Part shown: one piece after another, positions 53,048-64,000 of the stretch
Layout of the letters: each line of letters starts with the position of its first letter
Position numbering within the stretch: position 1 is the stretch's first letter
NCBI GenBank assembly: GCA_951406725.2
Contig: OX597818.1
Span: forward strand, 121,210,001 to 121,274,000
Length of the DNA stretch: 64,000 nucleotides
Direction of reading: 5' to 3'
DNA from: Octopus vulgaris
Taxonomy: Eukaryota
Notes under the pieces: model-generated
Told to the model about the DNA's origin: nothing
Databases searched by the model: none
Seen by the model: only the letters and a program-made list of their open reading frames with translations
Program-made: the position numbers and the translations under genes

Positions 53048-53839
53048 ATATCATATATACTTACCCTATTTTTATCAAACACCGAAGTAACTTGGGACTT
53101 ATGAAAGAAAAGCTTTAAATTACTCAGAACATATGAAAGAAGAACTAACTAAAAGCTGAAAATATGTATGAACGTTTAGGACAAACTTATCAATTTTGGA
53201 CAGGAAAACAGTTAGAAACTTATGAACATGTTTCAGCGAATCATCTTCAACGACTGCGAACATTTTAATAGTGATTTGGTGTTATGGAAAGTATTTCAGA
53301 GTATATGGGTTAGCCTTAATTATATATCATTGCCAAAAAGCTTTTTACATTGTAACCAGATGTGAAATCAACAATATTGGATTCAAATTTTGGCATGAGG
53401 CCAGCAATTTCTAGGAATTATCAAATCAATGATATCGACTCCAGTGTTCAATTAGTACTTATTTTACTGCACCCAGAAAGGAAAAGACGACCCCAACGGA
53501 ATTTGAACTCAGAACCTAAAGACAGACAATGCCGCTAGGCATTATTCCGGCGTGTTAACTATCCTACCAGCTCACCGCCTTAGCAGTGTATATATGATAT
53601 TGATTTCAAATTTTGGCACAAAGCCAGCAATTTCTGGGGAGGGTATGAGTCAGTTACATCGTCCACAGTACTCAGCAAGTTTTTATTTCATCGATAGGAG
53701 GAAAAGCAAAAATTGACCCCCGACAGAATGTGAATTCTAATCGTAAAGATTGATGAAATGTCGTTAGGCATTATTGTCTGGCGTGCTAACGATTCTGCCG
53801 GCCTGCCGCCTTAACAATATATGCGATATTAGGACGATG

Positions 53840-55038
53840 TAGAGGCGCAATGGCCCAGTGGTTAGGGCAGCGGACTCGCGGTCGTAGGATCGCGGTTTCG
53901 ATTCCCAGACCGGGCATTGTGAGTGTTTATTGAGCGAAAACACCTAAAGCTTCACGAGGTTCCTGCAGAGGGTGGTGGTGAACCCTGCTGTACTCTTTCA
54001 CCACAACTTTCTCTCACTCTTTCTTCCTGTTTCTGTTGTACCTGTATTTCAAAGGGCCAGCCTTGTCACACTCTGTGTCACGCTGAATCTCCTCGAGAAC
54101 TACGTTAAGGGTACACGTGTCTGTGGAGTGCTCAGCCACTTACACGTTAATTTTACGAGCAGGCTGTTCCGTTGATCGGATCAACCGGAACCCTCATCGT
54201 CGTAACCGACAGAGAGCTTCCCATTAGGACGATATAAGGCGGCGAGCTGGCAGAAACGTTAGCAAGCTGAGCGAAATGCTTAGCGCTATTTCGTCTGTCT
54301 TTACGTTCTGAGTTCAAATTCCGCCGAGGTCGACTTTGTCTTTCATCCTTTCAGGGTCGATTAAATAAGTACTAGTTACGTACTGGGGTCGATATAATCG
54401 ACTTAATCCGTTTGTCTGTCCTTGTTTGTCCTCTCTGTGTTTAGCCCCTTGTGGGTAGTAAAGAAATAGATATTTCGTCTACCTTTAGGTTCTGAGTTCA
54501 AATTCCACTCAGGTCGACTTTTTCTTTCATCCTTTTGGGGTCGATAAATTAAGTACCAGTGGCGTACTGGGGTTGATCTAATCGACTGGCTCCCTCCACA
54601 AAAATTTCGGGCCTTGTGCCTAGTGTATAAAAGGCTATTAGGACGAGGTTTATATTTTTCACATCCCACAGAAATATGTTGATATAATCTTTTTTTTTTT
54701 AATCTATGAATAAACATTTTAATATTACTTAACTGGGTGTTTTTCTCGGCTACAGCGAAGGTAACCAAAAGTAGTAAACCACAGAAGCCGACATGACGAA
54801 CACTAAGGCGGAGAGCTGGCAGAAACGTTAGCACGCCGGGCGAAATGCTTAGCAGTATTTCGTCTGCCGCTGCGTTCTGAGTTCAAATTCCGCCGAGGTC
54901 GATTTGCTTTTCATCCTTTCGGGGTCGATTAAATGAGTAACAGTTACGCACTGGAGTCGATAAAATCGACTTAATCCGTTTGTCTGTCCTTGTTTGTCCC
55001 CTCTGTGTTTAGCCTCTTGTGGGTAGTAAAGAAATAGA
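53840..55038 (+). mobile_element. SINE cluster: C (53840-54223), A dimer (54237-54625), A (54804-55038)
   Basis: Family homology. Confidence 0.8.
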
Positions 55039-55469
55039 TATGACCAACATACCATCTACAAATTATTAATAAATTATGTTAATTTCGCTTTATATCGGTA
55101 AAAATTAAATGCAAGCAGAAATTCTCGTTTCACGCCTTAATTGAATATTCAAATGACTTAAGCAGTATTAAAGTACACTCAGTGAATTAATTTTTGTCAT
55201 GTGTTTTCTAGGGCGGGCGCGCGTGTGCGTGTTTGTGCGTGCGCGTGTACGCGCACATATACAAAACGTAAGTTTATTTACCCACATCTGTACATGCATG
55301 TATCTGAGTGAATGTGTGCATGTACTAACACAGGCTTTACGTAAAGCATGTTATACATTTATACACACACACATATGTATGTATGAATGTATGTATGTAT
55401 GTATGTATGTATGTGCATATATAAATTTTTGCATGTATGTATATATATGTAAATATATATGTATGTAGG

Positions 55470-55516
<47 letters not shown>

Positions 55517-55566
55517 TATGTTTGTATGCATGTATTTATATATATAAATATATATATATAGATATG

Positions 55567-55885
55567 TGGAGGCGCCTTGGCCCAGTGGTTAGGGCAACGG
55601 ACTCGCGGATTCAGTTCCCAGACCGAACGCTTTGAGTGTTTATTGAGCGAAAATACCTAAAGTTCCACGAGGCTCTGACAGGGGGGGGGGTGAACCCTGA
55701 TGTACACTTTCTTCCTATTTCTTTTGTACCTGTATTTCAAAGGGCCGGTTGAATCTCCCTGAGAACTACGTTAAGGGTACACGTTTCTGTGAAGAGCTCA
55801 GCCACTTGCACGTTAATTTCACGAGCAGGCTGTTCCGTTGATCGGATCAGCTGGAATCCTCGTCGTCGTAACCGACGGAGTGCCG
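55567..55885 (+). mobile_element. SINE family C (deleted copy)
   Basis: Homology to 53840-54223. Confidence 0.75.
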
Positions 55886-55988
<103 letters not shown>

Positions 55989-56049
55989 TGTATTAGTATA
56001 CATGTATATGGGTATATGTATGTATATGTATATAAAGTACATATATGCA

Positions 56050-56104
<55 letters not shown>

Positions 56105-56441
56105 ATGTATTGGTTTGTGAGATAAATTCGTTCGTTTTTTTTTAACTTCATTCATTTTAATTCTTTTCGATGTTATTAAAATTAACACGAAAATTATTTT
56201 TATCGGTGTGTTTAAAGTTCTTTAATTTTTCTTTTCGTCTTTCTCTGCAACTTTCTTTTATAGTTTTTCAGATATTAATAAATTTTACCTTTTTCCAGAC
56301 ACATGACGACGAAGTACCAAGTAGAAAAAAGAAAACGAATTTATAGTGACACACTCCAACTCTCTCCCACCTCTCTCAACCCCTGTCTCTTTCTCTCTCT
56401 CTCTCTTTCTATCGCTATATATTTATATATGTATACATACA

Positions 56442-56477
<36 letters not shown>

Positions 56478-57087
56478 TATGTTCTGAGTTTCTTTTTGCT
56501 CCCATTCGTTCTCTCACTTTCTTCACCCTCCCTCATTGCTTCACTCTATCACTCCCCCTCTTTCTCTAAGATGTAATGCACGCACTTCCGCTCTGGTTCT
56601 ATTTATATTATGGCAGAACTTCGGAAATATGACGAACTTACCTGGAAAAAGAGAAAATGTTCTTCCACTATTCTTTGTATTAGGAATAGACAAACTCCTT
56701 CGAGAAGCGGACCGAATGAGACATGGCTCATCATCAGGGGAGCCACACTACTAAACATTTACAAGGTGATTTTTCGTTACGTGTGCCATGAAGAAAGTTT
56801 CGCGCTCGGCAGTTTATCTATGACACGACTACAGTGGTGCACGAAACTTAACTTTTGGATAATAACTCTAGGGTTGTTTTAAAATATGTTTTACTTAACT
56901 GTAGATATAAATAGAGAACAGACAATATATATTTTCCAGAGCTGCGAGGTTAAGAAACTCACTTTACTATCTCGTAGTTTCAGGTTCAATCCCACTATGC
57001 AACACTCTAGGCAAGTGTTTTCTACCATAGTCCTGAGATGACAAGACTGTGAGTAAATGTGGTTGACAACTAAATAAAATCTAAAAG

Positions 57088-57138
<51 letters not shown>

Positions 57139-57340
57139 TAGGCACAACTTCATAAGCCAGCCCCATGCTCAATTCGTCCTGTCGAAAGACCCTTGTCCTA
57201 CGTCCTGGTTTTGTTTTGTTGTTTATTTTTTATACTTTATTTTTACCGTTATTGTTTTTACGTTTTTGTATTCTTATTGTTGTCACGTATTCTGTATTTT
57301 TGTTCGTGTACTTCGTTCGTTTTCCGTCCTCGTGTTGTAT

Positions 57341-57487
57341 ACATTCGAAGCTTTCTTCCAGGGGATCTAATGCACTTGGCTTAGATTTCCCGTGGCGGGC
57401 TGCCCATATCGGAGCAATCTCAAGATTAATCAGCCGAAATTGCTAAGATGATCTGGTTCTTGACTGATGACTGAGGGCTTCGAATGT
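57341..57487 (+). ncRNA. Candidate rearranged (permuted) hammerhead ribozyme, copy 1
   Basis: ggcug...agcaaU C ucaaga uuaau cagcc GAA Auugcu...ucuuga CUGAUGA, enclosed by a 15-bp helix (57341-57355 / 57473-57487). Confidence 0.65.
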
Positions 57488-57565
57488 CCCGTCCTGTGGT
57501 TCTTGTGTCGTCTCTGTGGCGTTTCATGTTCTTGTCCATGTCTGTAATTATTTTTACTGTTTACC

Positions 57566-57593
57566 TATATATATATATATATGTATATATGTA

Positions 57594-57632
<39 letters not shown>

Positions 57633-57677
57633 ATATATGTATATATATATATATAAATATATGTATATATATATAAA

Positions 57678-57717
<40 letters not shown>

Positions 57718-57970
57718 TATGTATATATATATGTATATATATATATGTATATATATATATGTATATATATATATGTATATATATGTGTATATATATATGT
57801 ATATATATATATGTATATATATGTGTATATATATATATATATGTGTATATATGTGTATATATATATATGTATATATGTGTGTGTATATATATGTATATAT
57901 ATATGTATATATATGTGTATATATATATATGTGTGTGTGTGTGTATATACATATATGTATATATATATAA
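57566..57970. repeat. (TA)n/(TATG)n microsatellite
   Basis: Directly visible. Confidence 0.95.
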
Positions 57971-58024
57971 TACAAAAAGGGAAAAAACATCCAAACAGAC
58001 GATAGAAAGAAAACAAGGACGGGT

Positions 58025-58167
58025 CATTCGGAGTTTTCTTTCCTCAGTCAAGTTCCAGATTATCTTTGCAATTTCGGCTGGTTATACTCGAGATTGCTCC
58101 AATCTGGTCAGCCCGAAGGAAAATCTATGCTAAGAGCACTAAATTCTTTAGAAGAAAGCCGAGAATG
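58025..58167 (-). ncRNA. Candidate rearranged hammerhead ribozyme, copy 2 (left arm of foldback ~57975-58480)
   Basis: ggcug a ccagauu gg agcaaU C ucgagu auaac cagcc GAA Auugc aaagau aaucugg a acuuga CUGAGGA. Confidence 0.65.
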
Positions 58168-58239
58168 TATACGAAAACAAGGACAAAAAACCGGAGGAAT
58201 GGTACTTCTCCGTTTGTATCCGTCCTTGTTTCCGTATAC

Positions 58240-58380
58240 ATTCGCTGCTTTCTTCTAAGGAATCTAGGGCTCTTAGCATAGATTTTCCTTCGGGATGGCC
58301 AGATTGGAGCAGTCTCGAGTATAACAAGCCGAAACTGCAAAGATAATCTGGAACTCGACTGAGGAAAGAAAACTCCGAAT
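58240..58380 (+). ncRNA. Candidate rearranged hammerhead ribozyme, copy 3 (right arm)
   Basis: agcagU C ucgagu auaac aagcc GAA Acugc...acucga CUGAGGA; compensatory changes versus copy 2; stem II weakened. Confidence 0.55.
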
Positions 58381-58507
58381 AACCCGTCCTTGTTTTTTCA
58401 TGTCCCTTTCTGTGTCATCCAAGTATCTGGATGTTTTGTTGTCGCCTGTTGCGTTCTTGTCCCATTTTTGTATTCTTTTTTATATACATATACACACGCA
58501 CGCACAA

Positions 58508-58644
<137 letters not shown>

Positions 58645-58931
58645 TGTACATATGTATATATATATGCAATAGATTTCTTTTACTTTCCGTCTACCAAATT
58701 TACTCACGAGGCGTTGAGCGGTCTAAGGTTTCTGTAGAAGATACTTGCCCAAGATGCCACGGAGTGGAACTGAACTCAAAACTACACGGCTTTAAAGTTT
58801 GCTCTTTAACCACACAACCAAGCTCGTACCTATATAATCTAGGATTTCTCTATTGCTGTTCGATTTCTCCCTCTCACATAAATTTAGTTCGTCCGTCAAG
58901 CACCACCTGAAAGTATTCTAGCACTGCCAAG

Positions 58932-59094
58932 TTGTACCTGCTATTTTTTCTGTCTCGGCTTATTAATTTCATTTACCGCGAAAATTGTAGAACACATGCA
59001 AAAACAATGTAGAATTCTTAAACAAATATTTCTTCCATGGCAATCTAGCTTAAGGAATGTTATGATATCGTAGGCTATACAATAGCAGGTACAA
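58932..59094. mobile_element. Small MITE-like element
   Basis: 14-bp TIR ttgtacctgctatt / aatagcaggtacaa. Confidence 0.5.
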
Positions 59095-59214
59095 TGCTTA
59101 AAGGCGTATAAGTATCTGTGAACATATGCATGTGTGTGAGTGAATGTGTATATGTATGTGTGTGTATGTATGTATGTATATGTATATATGTATGTATATG
59201 TAGAAGTATGTATG

Positions 59215-59281
<67 letters not shown>

Positions 59282-59469
59282 GTATATACATAAACATCTA
59301 TCATATGTATGAACTGCGCTATAACTTAGAGTGTGCTTGTTTTTCGGATTTATATTTTACCGACGATATACATACATGCATACATACATACATACATACA
59401 TACATACATGCATACATATATACATAGTACATACTCGCACACACACACATATATATATGTGTGTGTGTA

Positions 59470-59694
59470 CAGGGGCGCCCAAAAGTAGGTTTGCAGTTTT
59501 CACGTAAGCACTTTAAATTTCTTTTAAAACATTTTATTACATTGAACATTATATCATACAAACTGAAAAGGGAGCTTGACAAATTTAACTAAATTAGCAT
59601 AGAATAATGGTTTCATATGTTTTATTATCAAGAACTAAACTGTTAAAATATGAATGCGAAAGAGAGAGCTGAATAACTGTAAACCTACTTTTGG

Positions 59695-59702
<8 letters not shown>
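59470..59702. mobile_element. Tc1/mariner-like MITE
   Basis: TA-cagggg..gcccaaaagtaggtttgcagtt / aactgtaaacctacttttgggc TIRs. Confidence 0.65.
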
Positions 59703-59756
<54 letters not shown>

Positions 59757-60768
59757 TCTTTTATTTGTTTCAGTCATTTGACTGCGGCTATGCTGGAGCA
59801 GCAACTTTAGACGAGCAAATCGACCCCAGGACTTATTCTTTGTAAGCCTAGTACTTATTGTATCGGGTAGCTTTTACCGAACCGATAAGTTACGGGGACG
59901 TAAACACACCAACATTGGTTGTCAAGTGATGGAGGGGGAACAAACGCAGACCCACAAACACACACACATTCATACATATACATATACATACGACATGCTT
60001 CTTTCAGTTTCCGTCTACCAAATCCATTTACAAGGCTAAGCAAGTTACTTCTGAGCCGAAATACCCCGATCTAGTCTGTAGATGCCAGACCAGCAAGGGG
60101 AAGCGGCTGACCTCCCCTGTTCGAAGGTTATAATGGACACATGTTCGTGTGTCACATAGCTAGCTAGAGGCGATGGCCTCTTGGAGCTAATCAACGGCAG
60201 CATTCGTCCTATTTGCTGCCATGTTAGCTTGGCGATAACTATTGATATCCAGTACCGCTGCCGCAGTCTCCTTTAGAGAGATTTATATATATATACACAT
60301 ACATACAAACATATATACACGCAGGCATGGATGTGTGCTAAGAAGCTTGCTTCCGAACAATACGGTTCCAAGTTCAGTCCCATAGTGTGACAATTCGGGC
60401 AAGTGTCTTCTATCATAACCTTCGGCCGACCAAACCCTTCTATATATGCGCAGGGGTGGCTGTGTGGTGTGGTAAGTAGTTTGCTTACCAACCACAGATT
60501 ACCGTGTTCAGTCCCACTGTGTGGCATATATATATATTTGTATGTCTGTGTTTGACTCCCCACCATCGCTTGACAACCGATGTTGGTGTGTTTACGTTCC
60601 CGTAACTCAGTGGTTCGGTGAAAGACACCAATAGAATAAGTACTAGTCTTACAAAGAATAACTCCTGGGGTCGATTTGTTCGACTAAAACCCTTCAAAGC
60701 GCTGCCCCAGCATAGCCGCAATAAAAAAAATGAACGAAGTAAAGGATAAAACGGTAAAAGATACACAA

Positions 60769-60824
<56 letters not shown>

Positions 60825-61128
60825 TGGCCGGTAGGGGGCTTTCTTGCTAACTAGATGCCTCGTTGTGATGCAAGAAAATATCAAGAAAGCTGGCTGTTCA
60901 GGTTTGGTTATTTTCGCCAACCACTCAACGTACACTGTGCTCTTTATTTAGTGCCAGCTGCCTGTAAACAAACAATAATAACTGTCCGTCTTATCATTTG
61001 TATTATATATATTCCATTATAGTTTTATTTTATATTTTGATACCTACTTTCTCTCATTGCATGTATGTGTGCGCGCGCCTGTGTGTGTATGTGTATTGCT
61101 ATACATACATAATACATACATACATACA

Positions 61129-61159
<31 letters not shown>

Positions 61160-61243
61160 GTGTGTGTGTGTTTATATATATCTATTTATATTATGTATGC
61201 ATGTATATATGTATGTATAATGAATATACATAAATAAGTATAT

Positions 61244-61275
<32 letters not shown>

Positions 61276-61365
61276 GATATATATATATATATATATAGAT
61301 ATATATATACATATATATGTATATGTGTGCACAATGTATATATATATATATATCTATATATAAAT

Positions 61366-61698
61366 AATTGCAGCGTGGAAGGTGTTTGTAAGCCATTTAA
61401 GAAACACACAAAAGCCGTTCGATTCACTTCAACATTTAAGTTTAATTTGTCAAAATATTTTCGTCGCTAAAATCCGCGACCTGTTCACTGACAAAAATCC
61501 GTGCTGCATCTCAGTGAACAGGTCGCGGATTTTAGCGACGAAAATATTTTGACAAATTAAACTTAAATGTTGAAGTGAATCGAACGGCTTTTGTGTGTTT
61601 CTTAAATGGCTTACAAACACCTTCCACGCTGCAATTGTTTTCGTTCCAGCACACGATCTCAGATCAAATCACTTGCTATGCGAGTACATCTCCGTAAT
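61366..61698. mobile_element. Foldback Penelope-like terminal repeat with G3-C8 hammerheads (61446-61495 -, 61511-61552 +)
   Basis: Essentially perfect ~125-bp inverted arms within (TA)n. Confidence 0.75.
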
Positions 61699-61719
61699 AT
61701 ATATATATATATATATATG

Positions 61720-61797
<78 letters not shown>

Positions 61798-61915
61798 TAT
61801 GTATATGTGTGCACAATGTATATATATATATATATATATCGCCATGTTGATTCGCTAACTTCTGCACGCATTTTTTTCTCTCTCCTTGTTTCTCTCCGTG
61901 TTTCTTTTCTGTGTA

Positions 61916-61953
61916 TCTTTCTGTTGAAGAGCGTAGGCTCGAAACGTAAAAGA
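61916..61953 (+). ncRNA. Minimal hammerhead-like motif (U6 variant)
   Basis: ucuuu CUGUUGA a gagc-guag-gcuc GAA A-cg-U A aaaga. Confidence 0.45.
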
Positions 61954-62049
61954 CTTGTTTTATTTATATTCCTGAGCGCCATACTAATACAATTGTTTGT
62001 TTGTATTCCACCTGCCTTCGTCTTTTGTTTATTTTCATAAAGCTTCCCG

Positions 62050-62099
<50 letters not shown>

Positions 62100-62144
62100 G
62101 TATATATAGATATATATACATATATATGTATATGTGTGCACAAT

Positions 62145-62611
62145 GTTGTCTGCTCTTTCAGTTGAGATGTCCAGTCTCTCGGTTATCTGACGACATGATA
62201 TTCAGCGATCTTGCATTATCATACCACGAGCAAAGTCAACGTTGTCCTTAGTGGTTGCAGTTGGAGGTCTCCCTGGACTGGGGTATCATCTTCCACACTC
62301 TCCCTGCCACGCTTAAATTCGTTTACCTAACGTTTGACAGTTGCATATAAAGGAGCATTGTCTATTAAGGTTCTCACCATATCTTCATGGATTTCTGATG
62401 GAGTCATGCCTTTCAAATGAAGGTTATTTATTACAGCACGATACTCAGTTTTCTCCATTTTCCTTGTAACCTCGACACCTGTTTATTCAAAAATCTCAAC
62501 AAAAAAAATAAATAAATAAATAAAAATTAAATGTCAGAATCATGAAAATGAGCAAGAATACTCCGAATAGACTGCACTTACTAGAAAAAAAAAGGTTTCA
62601 TACACCCCTCG
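62145..62611 (-). pseudogene. Mariner transposon 5' fragment (ATG at 62458)
   Basis: MEKTEYRAVINNLHLKGMTPSEIHEDMVRTL...ATVKR*VNEFKRGRESVEDD; TIR TA-CGAGGGGTGTATGAAA. Confidence 0.8.
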
Positions 62612-62835
62612 TATAAATGTTGCCAAAGTAACGAAGCTAAAGCCACTTGACCAAGATTGACCTTGAACTCTGCTGTGCGTGTACACTGAATTTTAACGTT
62701 CTAGCTCAGTTCTGCTGTTTACAGCAGTGCTTGGAAGTAACGTGTGTAGTGTGGGTTCGTCGCATTGACCATAACAGTAAGAAGTTAAGCAGAGAATCTG
62801 CGTGAGATTTTGTCAAAAGCTTGGCGATACCTGCT

Positions 62836-62880
<45 letters not shown>

Positions 62881-62986
62881 TGTGTATAAAGTTAATCCAA
62901 ACATGAAAACACAAAGAGAAAACACAGCAACGCGAGGACGTGGAACAAGTATAGTGTGTTTGGACGCTCAGGAAAGGAAAGAAGGA

Positions 62987-63025
62987 ACATTTAACGTTTC
63001 GAGCGGAGCTCTTCGTCAGAAACAT
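62987..63025 (-). ncRNA. Minimal type I hammerhead ribozyme motif with canonical core
   Basis: auguuu CUGACGA a gagc-ucc-gcuc GAA A-cg-U U aaaugu. Confidence 0.65.
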
Positions 63026-63088
63026 AGAAAAAGGAAAGATCCAAGGGAGGGAAGACGGAGGAAAGAATCGCCAACGATACACACGCGG

Positions 63089-63130
<42 letters not shown>

Positions 63131-63192
63131 TCACCATGATAGATCGTTAGCCACTACACACATTTTTTTCTCTCCTTGATTTTTCTGTGTCC

Positions 63193-63228
63193 CTTTCTGT
63201 AGAAGAGCGTAGGCTCGAAACGTAAAAG
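63193..63228 (+). ncRNA. Minimal hammerhead-like motif (U6 variant)
   Basis: cuuu CUGUAGA a gagc-guag-gcuc GAA A-cg-U A aaag. Confidence 0.45.
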
Positions 63229-63317
63229 ACTTTTTCTATTCCTGAGCGTTATACAAATACATCTGTTTGTTTTGTACACCACCTGTCTTCGTCTTTTGTT
63301 TTTTTCGTAAACTCTCG

Positions 63318-63392
<75 letters not shown>

Positions 63393-64000
63393 CATACACA
63401 TATGGCTAGCTCAGTTTTTTTCTTATTATTCTGCCTGTGTATGCTCATTTTCACTTTTTCTTAGTACTGCCAGAATTGGCTGTTCATAAAATTTTAAAAC
63501 TTATCGCTAAGGCAGCGATTTCCACTTCTTGGAAACCTCTCCACGCCTTACCTTTTCCCCTCTTATTTTGTTTATCTCTGCAACTATCTTTACAATATTT
63601 TTATAGCTTTTTCTCCCACTTTTATTTTTAAATATTTCTTTCTATTTCTTTCTTTTATTTTTTTATATTGCTTTCTTTCTTCTTTTTTTCTTCTTTCTTT
63701 CTCTCTCTTTCTTTCATTTTTTTTTCCTTTCCTTTCTCCTGTGAATGTTGTTCATTAAAAACGTGTCACTGGATGCTTTCTTATTTCATATTCTGAGAAT
63801 TATCTATTTCAGAAGTGTAAACCAAAGTACTTAGCATACATAGAACTGTTTCGTGTTTTCTATTGTCGAAAAACTGGGTGGTTGGTGGGTGGGTGTAAAT
63901 GAGACAGTGGTGGTGGTGGTGGTAGTGATGGTATTAGATGAGAAAGAGGAAGTTGGGGAGGGAGAAGGTTGTTGTTGTTGTTGTTAGTGGTGTGATGGTA

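Noticed and set aside
56715-56745. CUGAUGA followed by a small stem on the - strand
   Set aside because: No GAAA or UH in a compatible position.

Overview
AT-rich, microsatellite-dense eukaryotic DNA. The SINE families and (TA)n/(CA)n density suggest a cephalopod, most likely Octopus (inference). The only host gene is the 3' part of a + strand PLP-dependent aminotransferase class V / cysteine-desulfurase-like gene: 7 exons, 288-16491, all GT-AG and frame-consistent. The rest is a mosaic of tRNA-derived SINEs, CR1, RTE and R4/Dong LINE fragments, Tc1/mariner, hAT, piggyBac and Helitron-like elements, and foldback repeats. Reading the foldback (Penelope-like) repeats by eye reveals about 15 hammerhead-ribozyme motifs of several architectures: minimal dimer-type, G3-C8 and U3-A8 core swaps, and long stem II. 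Most notable are three copies (57341-58380) of an apparently non-circularly permuted hammerhead, supported by compensatory base changes. All RNA structures are manual predictions and need computational and biochemical testing. Repeat boundaries are approximate.
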